In this document: one piece after another, positions 1-10,079 of the stretch
How positions within the stretch are numbered: position 1 is the first letter of the stretch
How the letters are laid out: each line of letters begins with the position of its first letter
Source of the DNA: a bacterium
Lineage (GTDB): Bacteria; Patescibacteriota; Minisyncoccia; Phycocordibacterales; Phycocordibacteraceae
Assembly (NCBI GenBank): GCA_021784875.1
Contig: JAJYHF010000019.1
Coordinates: forward strand, 1-39,257
Length of the DNA stretch: 39,257 nucleotides
Direction of reading: 5' to 3'
Notes under the pieces: model-generated
What the model saw: only the letters and a program-made list of their open reading frames with translations
The model's database searches: none
What the model was told of the DNA's origin: nothing
Translations under genes and position numbers: made by a program

Positions 1-25
1 CGAAATATTGCTAGAGTGCAGGTAA

Positions 26-1984
26 ATGGAAGGAAGGACGGTCTACGAGGGCCCTATCGCGATGACCCGTAAAGGGTTCGGTTTCTTCAAGCTTGGCGAC
101 GACCAGGAAGACCTTCTCATCCCGCCTGAAAGAACCCGCCACGCGCTCTCGGGCGATATTGTGAAGGTCGCACCGGCCGGCCTGTACCGGGACCCAGCCG
201 GCCGGATGCCGCCGCGTGCCTCGGGAGAGGTCGTCGAGATCGTCTCGCGCGCGCGGGAGACCTTCGTCGGCACGCTTGTCGAAGAAGATGGCCATATCCT
301 CCTCGCGCCGGACTACAAGAAGATGCATGTGCCGCTCGTCATTGCCGACCGCGGCAGTACACCGCTCGGCTCCAAGGTCCTCGTGCGGATGACCGGCTGG
401 GACGAGGGCAAGGAATACCCGCGTGGCGTCATCAAGGAGATTATCGGCAAGGCCGGCGAGCACGACGTCGAGATGCGTGCGCTCGCGCTCGGCCAGGGGT
501 TCTCGCCCGTCTTTCCTCCCGGCGTCGAGAAGGAGGCCGCGCAGCTACGTGAGCACGGCCGCACGCTCATAGCCGAGGAGGCCGCGAGAGTCGGCAACGG
601 CTCGCCGAGGCGCGACTTCCGCTCTGCGCCGACCTGTACCATCGACCCGAAAGACGCGAAAGATTTCGACGATGCACTCTCGCTCAAGAAGAACGGCGAC
701 GGGACCTTCGAAGTCGGCGTGCATATCGCCGACGTCTCCTTCTTCGTACGGCCGGGGGGTGCGCTCGATGACGAGGCCCGCGAGCGTGCGACCAGCGTCT
801 ACCTCGTCGACCGCACCATCCCGATGCTCCCCGAGATCCTCTCGACCGATCTCTGCTCGCTCAACCCCGACCAGGACCGTCTCGCTGTCTCAGCCGTCTT
901 CAGGCTCGATGCGGACGCGAACGTCCTCGACTCGTGGTTCGGCGAGACCCTCATCCACAGCGACCGCCGCTACACCTATGAAGACGCCCAGCAGACGCTC
1001 GACGAGGGCGCGGGCGACCTCCATGACGAGCTCGCCGCACTCCTCGCGCTCTCGCGGAAGATCCGTGCACGCCGGCAAGCGAAGGGCGCAGTCGAGTTCG
1101 ACACGCCGGAGGTCAAGGTCGAGCTGGACAGCACCGGCAAGCCGATCGCCGTCCATCTCAAGGAGCGTAAGGCGACCAATCTTATGATCGAAGACTTCAT
1201 GCTCCTCGCCAACGAAGCGGTCGCCAAGCATTTGGCCGATCTCACGAAGAACGGCGGTCCGCACTTCCAGTCGCTCTACCGCATCCATGACGAACCGGAC
1301 CAGGACCGCATCGAGAACCTTTCGAACCTCCTGCGCGTCATGGGCTACCATCTGAAGATCGCTGGCGACGGAAAAGTCTCGGGCACGGAACTCAACCGCC
1401 TTCTCGAGGAGGTGAAGGGCAAGCCGGAGGAATATCTTGTGAAGACGGCAACCCTCCGCTCGATGAGCAAAGCCTCCTATGCGACGAAGAACATCGGCCA
1501 CTTCGGTCTCGCCTTCGACTATTACACCCACTTCACCTCCCCCATCCGCCGCTATCCCGACCTCGTCATCCACCGGCTCGTGAAGGCGCACGCGGGCGGC
1601 GATCCGATCGCGCCGGAGGAGATGGCGGACTTCGACCGGATCGCCCTCCACGCCTCCGAGCGCGAGGTCGCGGCGGCCGACGCCGAACGCGACTCGGTCA
1701 AGATGAAGCAGGTCGAGTTCCTCGCTCCGCGCGTGGGCGAGACCTTTGACGCCGTCATCTCGGGCGTCACCGACCGCGGCCTCTATGTGGAAGAAAAAGA
1801 GACCCATGCCGATGGCATGATCCTCATCAGGAACGTCGGGGACGATTATTTCGAATACGATGAGAAGCACTATCGCCTCGTCGGCCGCCGCACGCACAAG
1901 GCGTACCGCCTTGGCGACCCGATCAAGGTAAAGCTGGTAGCGGCGCGAGTGCCAGAAAAGGAACTCGATTTCGTTCCTGCTTAA
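26..1984 (+). CDS. rnr: Ribonuclease R (RNB family 3'-5' exoribonuclease)
   Basis: N-terminal cold-shock domains (GFGFF), RNB catalytic motif TIDPKDAKDFDDA, YTHFTSPIRRYPDL, C-terminal S1 domain. Confidence 0.93.
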   Translation: MEGRTVYEGPIAMTRKGFGFFKLGDDQEDLLIPPERTRHALSGDIVKVAPAGLYRDPAGRMPPRASGEVVEIVSRARETFVGTLVEEDGHILLAPDYKKMHVPLVIADRGSTPLGSKVLVRMTGWDEGKEYPRGVIKEIIGKAGEHDVEMRALALGQGFSPVFPPGVEKEAAQLREHGRTLIAEEAARVGNGSPRRDFRSAPTCTIDPKDAKDFDDALSLKKNGDGTFEVGVHIADVSFFVRPGGALDDEARERATSVYLVDRTIPMLPEILSTDLCSLNPDQDRLAVSAVFRLDADANVLDSWFGETLIHSDRRYTYEDAQQTLDEGAGDLHDELAALLALSRKIRARRQAKGAVEFDTPEVKVELDSTGKPIAVHLKERKATNLMIEDFMLLANEAVAKHLADLTKNGGPHFQSLYRIHDEPDQDRIENLSNLLRVMGYHLKIAGDGKVSGTELNRLLEEVKGKPEEYLVKTATLRSMSKASYATKNIGHFGLAFDYYTHFTSPIRRYPDLVIHRLVKAHAGGDPIAPEEMADFDRIALHASEREVAAADAERDSVKMKQVEFLAPRVGETFDAVISGVTDRGLYVEEKETHADGMILIRNVGDDYFEYDEKHYRLVGRRTHKAYRLGDPIKVKLVAARVPEKELDFVPA

Positions 1985-1990
1985 AAACGA

Positions 1991-3154
<1,164 letters not shown>

Positions 3155-3207
3155 ACTCGCCTACTGTACGCCTCCCGAGCCGCTTCGAAAAGTGTTATCT
3201 TTGAGTG

Positions 3208-3483
3208 ATGGAAAGTGCCCCGAAGAGAGAAGAACCAAGTCTCGAACAAGGAGTCCTTTTGGCGTTGGATGCGATTCAAAGTGCCGTGTCTCAAGCCTCG
3301 CTGCAGCTCTTTTACGACAACACGGAGAAAGCGGATTATTTACTCCAGATCGCCGAGGATTCCTTCCCGCACCAAGAGAAAATCATCGAAGAAAACAATC
3401 TGGAATCCTTCAAAGAAGGCGCAAACAAGTTGAAGGAATGGATCGAGAAACTCCGGCAGCAATTAGAGGACAAGAAAAGATAA
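3208..3483 (+). CDS. Hypothetical helical protein, about 91 aa
   Basis: ORF fills the gap between flanking genes; TGTTATCTT -10-like box 6 nt before ATG; visibly lower GC. Confidence 0.6.
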   Translation: MESAPKREEPSLEQGVLLALDAIQSAVSQASLQLFYDNTEKADYLLQIAEDSFPHQEKIIEENNLESFKEGANKLKEWIEKLRQQLEDKKR

Positions 3484-3523
3484 GCATACGCGCGCACCGC
3501 CGCGAATCCAAAAAGCGACCAGC

Positions 3524-4417
3524 CTATCGCACGAGCGCGTCGAGCACTTTTATACCCTTATTCAAGAAGTGTCGGTTGGAGAATATGCTGACGACAGAGA
3601 ACGCCGTGACCATAAGAAGCGCACCGATAACGCTCAGCCTCGTGGTCGCCTCCGCGAAGAAGACCCAGGAGGTGATGCCGCCGACGAGCGGTTCGACGAC
3701 GCCGTCATACACGGCCGAGGTCATCTCATCGGCCCAGCGGCTCGCCCACTGGACGAGCGCGTACGGCACGATGACGAAGAACAGCACCTGCAACAAAACG
3801 TCACCGACCATGAAGGAAGGCACGCGTAAACTCTCGCCGAAGAAGAGCACGACGAGGCCTGAGAGCAGCGTCGTGACGAAGAACTGCTGCACCAGCAAGA
3901 CGATCGCGTGGCTGTTCCGTTCGCCCTCGAACCGCTCCGAATAAAGGAAGTACAGCGCCATCGCAACGGCGGAGACGAGGAGCATCAGTTGCCCGAAGCC
4001 GAACCCGTGCACGCCGCCGACGAGCAGGTACATGCCGGCGATCGCCAAGAGGAGAGCGACATTGTTCTTCAGCGATACCTTGTCCCGGAACAAGAGCCAC
4101 CCGCCGTACGGGATGAGCAGCATGCCAAGATTGGAGATGAAGACCGTATCCGCCGACGAGCTGAACCGCAGACCGAGCATCTGGAAGATCTCGACGCCCG
4201 CGAGGAGCACGCCCAAGGTCATCCCTTCCCGGAGGCGATAGAAGAGACGCGACTTCCGATAGAATGCGATACCCAGGAACACGAGCCCCGCGATAGCGAA
4301 ATTCCAGAACGTGAGCGTGAAGGGGCTGATGACGTCGAGCAGCGTCTTCTGGAAGGCGAAGCTCGAGCCCCAGAGCAGCGCGACTATGAAGAAGGAGAAT
4401 TTGGACCAGTTTTTCAT
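3524..4417 (-). CDS. DMT/EamA family transporter
   Basis: About 10 hydrophobic segments in two repeats, LLWGSSF start motif, EPLVG in second repeat. Confidence 0.85.
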   Translation of the reverse strand: MKNWSKFSFFIVALLWGSSFAFQKTLLDVISPFTLTFWNFAIAGLVFLGIAFYRKSRLFYRLREGMTLGVLLAGVEIFQMLGLRFSSSADTVFISNLGMLLIPYGGWLLFRDKVSLKNNVALLLAIAGMYLLVGGVHGFGFGQLMLLVSAVAMALYFLYSERFEGERNSHAIVLLVQQFFVTTLLSGLVVLFFGESLRVPSFMVGDVLLQVLFFVIVPYALVQWASRWADEMTSAVYDGVVEPLVGGITSWVFFAEATTRLSVIGALLMVTAFSVVSIFSNRHFLNKGIKVLDALVR

Positions 4418-4422
4418 CGCGG

Positions 4423-6621
4423 TTACTTCGCCACCTGGACGGCCTCTTCAAATTTGACGGAGAGGAGCTTGGAGATGCCGTCCTGGCTCATGGTGACGCC
4501 GTAGAGGACGCCGGCGCGGGTCATCGTCTCGCGGTTGTGGGTGATGACGATGAGCTGCGACCGCTGCGCGAGGTTGTCGATCATGTCGCCATAGCGGCGG
4601 CTGTTTGCCTCGTCGAGCGCGGCGTCGGTCTCGTCCAGTATCAAAAACGGAGGCGGATTGACCTGCGACATAGCGAAGATGAGTGCAATCGAGGTGAGCG
4701 CGCGCTCGCCGCCCGAGAGCTGCATCAGCGAGCGGACTTTTTTGCGCGGCAGGTTGACTGCGATCTCGATGCCGGCGCGCTGCTTCTCCCCCGGTAGATC
4801 TTCTTGCTCTTCGTCTTCCGCCTCCTCAGAGTCTTCGAGTTCTTCAAGCGCGAGTCGCGCCGAGCCGCCGCCGAACATGAGCGCAAAGTATTCGCCGAAG
4901 GAGGCGTTCACGAGCGCGAGGCCGTCGGAGAAGTGTCTCGCGAGCTCCGTATCGAGATCCTCGATGAGCGCTTTGAGCCCTGCCGCGGACTTCGCGAGAT
5001 CCTCGAGCTCGCCGGCGAGGAACGCCTCGCGCTCGCTCGCCTCCTTGTATTCGGCACGGATGTCTTCGCCGCTTCCGCCCGCTTCCTCGAGGCGGATCTT
5101 CATGCGCTCGAGCGCGCGGCGGCGATCCTCCTGCGCGGCGCGCGGCTCCTCAGGCGCCTCTGCGAGCGGCTCATAGGAGACGGCCGCCATGCCCGCGAGG
5201 GCGCCCGTCTCGGCCTTGTCACGATCGAGTGTCTCGGCGAGGAGGACGAGCTCGCGCTCGCGACCTCCGGCACGCGCCACAGCACCCTCTTCGCGTGCTT
5301 TCTCCTCAGCGAGCCCGAGGATGCGGCGGCGCTGCTCGCGGCCCGTCTCGTCGTGCGCGACGAGTGCTTCGCGGGCGCGCGCGAGCGCAGACTTCGCCTT
5401 CTCGTGTTCTTCAGCGAGCGCCGTGTCCTTGGCGAGAAGCTCCTTCCGCTCCTCTTCGAGCGCGTAGGTGGCGCGGTCCTCTTCACCGAGGTAGTCGCTC
5501 TCGGCGGGAGCAAAACGGTCGACGAACGCGCGAACCGCCTTCCCAATCGCGGCGAGCGCCGCCTGGAGCGTATCAGTCGCATGCGCTTCCGCCACCTGAT
5601 TCTCGACTTCGCTCGCGAGCGCGCTCAGGTCCTCGCGCGGCACCTTCACATAGGGCTCCTTCGCGACCCGCTCGCTCGCCGCCCTCGCGGCAGCGAGCGA
5701 CCCCTCGACCCGCCCGAGCTCGCGCGCAAGATCGGCGCGCGCGGCAGAAGCGTGCTCGAGCGCCCGCTCGGCAGCGCGCACTCGGCCGAGACGCTCCACG
5801 CCTTCGGCGTCAGAGGTCGCGCCCTCTTCGATCGTGGCGAGGCTCGCGGAAACTGCCGCGAGGCGCTCGGCCGCCTGCCGCTTCTCCTCGGCGACCCGTT
5901 CGCGCTCGCGCGCGAGATACGCGTCCTCGATGGCGAAGCAGGTTTGTGCCGCGCTGACGAGCTCGGAGCGCAGCGCCGCCGCCCGCTCGAGCCTCTCCAC
6001 CTGACCTTCGAGGAAGCGCAGATGCGGCGCGAGCTCGCGCCGGAGCGAATTGACCTGCGCGATGTTCTCCTCCGTCTTCTCGAGCTTGCGCTCCGCCTCG
6101 ACCTTCTTGAACTCGTAGACCTTGAGCCCGAGCGCGTCCTCGAGCATCGAGCGGCGCTCGCGCGCGGAGGCGAGCAGGATCCGGTCCGCCTCGCCCTGCG
6201 AGATGATGTGGTGCCCCGTCTCGCCGATGTTCGCGCCCGCGAGGAGTTCAGCGACGTCCTTCAGGCGCACGCGCGAACCGTTGATCGAATATTCGCTCGT
6301 CCCGTCGCGCAGGACGGCGCGCTCGATGGTTACCTCATCGAAGTCGATCTTGAACTGCCGCTTCCGGTTGTCGAAGACGATGGCGACCGCCGCGCGGCCC
6401 GCGCGCGGCGCACTGTGCGACCCGTTGAAGATGAGGTCCTCAGCACGCTTGCCGCGCATGCTCTTCATCGACTGCTCGCCGAGCGCGAAGCGGAACGCCT
6501 CGGCGACGTTCGACTTCCCCGATCCGTTCGGCCCCACGATAGCCGTCGTCGCGCTCGAGAAGTCGAGCACGGTCTTTTTTGCAAAGGATTTAAACCCGAC
6601 GATCTCCAGGCGCTTCAGCAT
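4423..6621 (-). CDS. smc: SMC family ATPase, short form (732 aa)
   Basis: GFKSF, Walker A GPNGSGKS, Q-loop IISQG, coiled coils, signature LSGGE, Walker B LILDETD, H-loop ITH; lies downstream of rnc as is usual for smc. Confidence 0.88.
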   Translation of the reverse strand: MLKRLEIVGFKSFAKKTVLDFSSATTAIVGPNGSGKSNVAEAFRFALGEQSMKSMRGKRAEDLIFNGSHSAPRAGRAAVAIVFDNRKRQFKIDFDEVTIERAVLRDGTSEYSINGSRVRLKDVAELLAGANIGETGHHIISQGEADRILLASARERRSMLEDALGLKVYEFKKVEAERKLEKTEENIAQVNSLRRELAPHLRFLEGQVERLERAAALRSELVSAAQTCFAIEDAYLARERERVAEEKRQAAERLAAVSASLATIEEGATSDAEGVERLGRVRAAERALEHASAARADLARELGRVEGSLAAARAASERVAKEPYVKVPREDLSALASEVENQVAEAHATDTLQAALAAIGKAVRAFVDRFAPAESDYLGEEDRATYALEEERKELLAKDTALAEEHEKAKSALARAREALVAHDETGREQRRRILGLAEEKAREEGAVARAGGRERELVLLAETLDRDKAETGALAGMAAVSYEPLAEAPEEPRAAQEDRRRALERMKIRLEEAGGSGEDIRAEYKEASEREAFLAGELEDLAKSAAGLKALIEDLDTELARHFSDGLALVNASFGEYFALMFGGGSARLALEELEDSEEAEDEEQEDLPGEKQRAGIEIAVNLPRKKVRSLMQLSGGERALTSIALIFAMSQVNPPPFLILDETDAALDEANSRRYGDMIDNLAQRSQLIVITHNRETMTRAGVLYGVTMSQDGISKLLSVKFEEAVQVAK

Positions 6622-6645
6622 TGTTGAATTATTGTACCAAACGAT

Positions 6646-7335
6646 TTACCAACCCATCTTGTCTAATGCTGCCTGGGCGGCTGATTGTTCGGCTTCTTGT
6701 TTTGACTTGCCCTCGCCGCGGGCGACTTCGTCGCCATTGAGGAAGACGCCGACGGTGAAGCGCTTGTCGTGGTCGGGGCCGACTTCCTCGAGCGTCTCGT
6801 AGCGCGGCGTGATGCCCCGCTTCTCCTGCGCGGCCTCTTGGAAGCGGCTCTTGGGGTCGCGGTAGGACTGCTTCTCGATGACCTCGTCGATCTTACGGTA
6901 GAGCTGCCCGGCGATGAAGGCCTCGGCGGCCGCGTAGCCCTGGTCGAGATAGATCGCGCCGATGACCGCCTCGAACGCGTCCGCGAGAATCACATCGCGC
7001 GCGCGGCCGGTGTCGCGCGCCTCGCCCTTCGAGAGGAGGAGATAATCGCTCGTGCCGAGCGCGGCGGCGCTCTCGGCGAGCGAGACGGTGTTGACGAGTG
7101 CAGCGCGATAGGCGGTAAGCTCGCCTTCAGGCTTTGCTGGGAATTTCTTGAAGAGGAAGTCGGTCGCGGCGAGCTCGAGCACCGCGTCGCCGAGGAACTC
7201 GAGCCGCTCGTTGTGCGCGCCCGCGTACTCGCGATGCTCGTTCAGATAGGAACGGTGCGTCAACGCCTCGACGAGGAGGTCGGGATTATGAAAGACGATG
7301 CCGAGCTCCGCGGCGAACGCAGCAAAATCAGGCAT
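6646..7335 (-). CDS. rnc: Ribonuclease III
   Basis: ALTHRS, NERLEFLGDAVL, DAFEAVIGAIYLD, C-terminal dsRBD; start set at ATG 7335 (MPDFAAF) overlapping the nusB end. Confidence 0.95.
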   Translation of the reverse strand: MPDFAAFAAELGIVFHNPDLLVEALTHRSYLNEHREYAGAHNERLEFLGDAVLELAATDFLFKKFPAKPEGELTAYRAALVNTVSLAESAAALGTSDYLLLSKGEARDTGRARDVILADAFEAVIGAIYLDQGYAAAEAFIAGQLYRKIDEVIEKQSYRDPKSRFQEAAQEKRGITPRYETLEEVGPDHDKRFTVGVFLNGDEVARGEGKSKQEAEQSAAQAALDKMGW

Positions 7336-8272
7336 GGACTGCAGCACGGGCGCGCTCACCGCTCGCGCGATCGAGGAGCTTCTGGACGGCCGCCGTGACG
7401 ATGGGGAGCATGTCGTCATAGAAGTTAAGGTCGATGATGTCCTGGAGGCGGAACCACTTCGCATCATCGAGGCCGCCCTTCCCTTTCTGCAGCTCGAGCG
7501 GCTCGAACGCGGAACGGGCGAGGAAGTAGGTCACGCGCTTGCGGTACTTACCCTTCTCCGGGTGGGAAGCGACGTACTCGTTCTCGCCGATCTTCTCCTC
7601 GACCGTAATGTCGAGGCCGATCTCTTCCTTGATCTCGCGCGCAGTCCCCTCCTCGGCCGTCTCGTCCTTGATGCTCGGGTCATCGCCGATCTTCCCCTTC
7701 GAGAGAGTCCAATGGCCGAAGACATCATGCACGAGCGCGAGGTAATACTGGCCGTCGTGCTTGGCATAGACGACCGCGCCACCGAGCTGCTGGAGCGGGA
7801 TATCCTCGTAACGGTGCTTCGCTTTCTTCCCGCCGTGCTCGTCCTTACCCGGTTCGCCGAGCTCCTTATAGACGGCACCGAGCACGCCGTTGACGAAGCG
7901 ACCGGACGACTCGCCACTGAAGGTCTTGGCAAGCTCGATGGCCTCATTGATAGCGACTTTGGCAGGCACCTGCGTACGGTCGGCGAAGAGGAGCTCGTAA
8001 AGCCCCATACGAAGGATGTTGCGATCGACCGGCGCGATGCGCTCGAGCGACCAGTCGGGAGCCGCCTTCTCGATGATGCGGTCGATATCGGGACGCTTCG
8101 CGAGCACGCCCGCGAGGAGGTTCTCCATGAACGGGCGGTCGACATCGTCGCCGCCGAACTCAGCCATGTTGCGCGCAAGAATGGCGGAGGCCTCGGACTC
8201 CGCCGCGTGGGAAGAATCCCACTCGAAGAGCGTCTGGAGGACGACGGAACGTGCGAGATGTCGGTTCGCCAT
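7328..8272 (-). CDS. nusB: Transcription antitermination factor NusB fused to a C-terminal NUDIX hydrolase domain
   Basis: NusB motifs (WSLERIAPVDRNILR, VAINEAIELAKTF, FVNGVL) followed by WTLSKG...E.....AREIKEEIGL NUDIX box. Confidence 0.9.
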   Translation of the reverse strand: MANRHLARSVVLQTLFEWDSSHAAESEASAILARNMAEFGGDDVDRPFMENLLAGVLAKRPDIDRIIEKAAPDWSLERIAPVDRNILRMGLYELLFADRTQVPAKVAINEAIELAKTFSGESSGRFVNGVLGAVYKELGEPGKDEHGGKKAKHRYEDIPLQQLGGAVVYAKHDGQYYLALVHDVFGHWTLSKGKIGDDPSIKDETAEEGTAREIKEEIGLDITVEEKIGENEYVASHPEKGKYRKRVTYFLARSAFEPLELQKGKGGLDDAKWFRLQDIIDLNFYDDMLPIVTAAVQKLLDRASGERARAAVHA

Positions 8273-8305
8273 GGAAAGATCGCGTGCTCGCAGTATAGCA
8301 GAAAC

Positions 8306-8329
8306 CGCGGCCGCGCAAGCGCGGCCGCG
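8306..8329 (-). terminator. GC-rich hairpin after rpmF, possible terminator
   Basis: CGCGGCCGCGC-AA-GCGCGGCCGCG perfect inverted repeat followed by GTTTCT on the minus strand. Confidence 0.55.
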
Positions 8330-8353
8330 TGCATTACTTCGTACTCTCCCCGA

Positions 8354-8725
8354 TTACGCCCCGCCGCCGAAGCCGCTCCTTGCCTTCGGCCGGCCGCCCG
8401 TCGCCTCTGCCTTGACGCCCTTGGAGCCTTTCACCTCGGCGTTCTGGTGTGCCTCGTGCGCGTGCTCGTGCATATGCTCGTGAGCATGCTTCTCAGCGAT
8501 CGGCTCCGTATCGGGACCCTTCTTGCTCCCGCCCGGGAGCACGATCTTCTTAGCCTTCGGCGCTGCGATCTGCTTGCTGCGGTACATGCCGGTCGTCTCG
8601 TCGAGGCGATGAGGCAGCCGGAGCGCGCCGCTCGTCGCATCCTTGACGATGGTCGTGCTCTCAAGCGCGTGGTGCGACCGGCGGTTGCCGGTGTGACCCT
8701 TGGTATGGCGCATGCGTACTGACAT
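8354..8725 (-). CDS. rpmF: 50S ribosomal protein bL32, Cys-less, with long His-rich C-terminal extension
   Basis: MRHTKGHTGNRRSHHAL...LPHR....G.Y pattern; position upstream of rnc matches the common rpmF-rnc-smc order. Confidence 0.85.
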   Translation of the reverse strand: MSVRMRHTKGHTGNRRSHHALESTTIVKDATSGALRLPHRLDETTGMYRSKQIAAPKAKKIVLPGGSKKGPDTEPIAEKHAHEHMHEHAHEAHQNAEVKGSKGVKAEATGGRPKARSGFGGGA

Positions 8726-8801
8726 GGGGCTACCCTAGCACGCGCCCGGATAAAAATCAAAGGCGGGAACTCCGGAACGAAGTATGCTATAGTCTCCTCA
8801 C

Positions 8802-8877
8802 GCGCGGTTAGCTCAGTTGGTAGAGCACTTCCTTGACGTGGATGGGGTCAGGGGTTCGAGTCCCTTACCGCGCACCA
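8802..8877 (+). tRNA. tRNA-Val(GAC), CCA encoded
   Basis: GCGCGGT/ACCGCGC acceptor stem, AGCTCAGTTGGTAGAGC D arm, TT-GAC-GT loop, GGTTCGAGTCC T arm; TGCTATAGT -10 box upstream. Confidence 0.95.
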
Positions 8878-8878
8878 G

Positions 8879-10060
8879 ATGTCCTCCTTCTTACGCCGGA
8901 ACAGCCTTCTGGTCGTTGCTGCTTTCATCGCCACAGCCCTCGTGTTGAAATTTATCTTCGCCGACCAATTCCTCGGGCTCGGTCCTTGGTGGCTACAGAT
9001 TTCCGCCGCCGCCCTTATCTTCATCATCGGCATCGGCTTCGTCTTCCGCGGCACGAGTCGCATGATCGAAGAGACGACCGACGTCTTGAAGGATCGAACC
9101 GGCCTCGCGGGCGGGTTCCTTCAGTCCTTCGGGACCGCCTTTCCCGACATGATCATCGGCATCGTCGCCGCCATCCTCTCGCTCCAGGTGAGAAACGTCG
9201 ATTACGTGCGCGCCGTCAATCTCGCGGTCCTCGCTGCTGCTGCGACCTTCGGTTCGAACATCTACAACATCCTCCACTCAACCTGGTGCGTGTGGCGGCA
9301 GAATCGCGCCGACACGCTCGGGCGAGAGGTGCTCATGTTCCCGCCCTTCGCATCGTTCGGCACTCTGAAACCGGTCGAAAAGCACGAGACGAAGCCTACT
9401 GCGCACGAAATGGACGGCGCGATCAGCGTGCTTACCGCCCTCACCCTCCTCACCACCTTCGTCGCGATCTCCATGGTCCTCTTCGGCAGGATCGGTTCCG
9501 ATGCCTTCGGTATGACGGGCGATCTCTACCAGCTCGTCCCGCCGGTCGGCATCGTGCTCTTCATGCTGAGCGCCGCTGTCCTCTACTTCTTCCGCAAGAG
9601 CGAACGGCCCGGAGCACCGACCTGCAAGATAGCGGAAGAAGAGCGCGCCTATGCACGCTTCAGCACGCCGCGCATCTGGTTCGAACTCGTCCTCGCCGGC
9701 GTCGCCATCCTCGTCGCCGCCGAGGCTATGGTGCGCGCACTGGAAGTCTTCTCGGATATTACCCATCTTCCTTTCGTCGTCACCGGCGTACTGGCCGGCA
9801 TCATCGGCTGCCTGAGCGAGATGATCATCGTCCACAATTTCTCGATCCATCCGAAGGGCCGCATAGGCGATGCTATTGTCGGCGTCGCGATGGACAACAT
9901 CATCACGACGCTCGGCGCCGCCATAGTAGCGGTCATCGGCGGCATCTTCCTCGGCGGCGGCCCGCTCATTCTTATCTTCATCGTCATCCTCGCCGGCAAC
10001 ACGCTCCTCATCGAGCAGATCGCGAAATTCAAGAACCGTCTACCGAGAATGACCGGCTGA
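8879..10060 (+). CDS. Ca2+:cation antiporter (CaCA) family membrane protein, divergent
   Basis: Polytopic membrane protein with alpha-1-like repeat SFGTAFPD...FGSNIYNI and a second alpha-2-like repeat GCLSE...MDNI. Confidence 0.7.
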   Translation: MSSFLRRNSLLVVAAFIATALVLKFIFADQFLGLGPWWLQISAAALIFIIGIGFVFRGTSRMIEETTDVLKDRTGLAGGFLQSFGTAFPDMIIGIVAAILSLQVRNVDYVRAVNLAVLAAAATFGSNIYNILHSTWCVWRQNRADTLGREVLMFPPFASFGTLKPVEKHETKPTAHEMDGAISVLTALTLLTTFVAISMVLFGRIGSDAFGMTGDLYQLVPPVGIVLFMLSAAVLYFFRKSERPGAPTCKIAEEERAYARFSTPRIWFELVLAGVAILVAAEAMVRALEVFSDITHLPFVVTGVLAGIIGCLSEMIIVHNFSIHPKGRIGDAIVGVAMDNIITTLGAAIVAVIGGIFLGGGPLILIFIVILAGNTLLIEQIAKFKNRLPRMTG

Positions 10061-10079
10061 ACGTGGTACAGTCCTCCTT

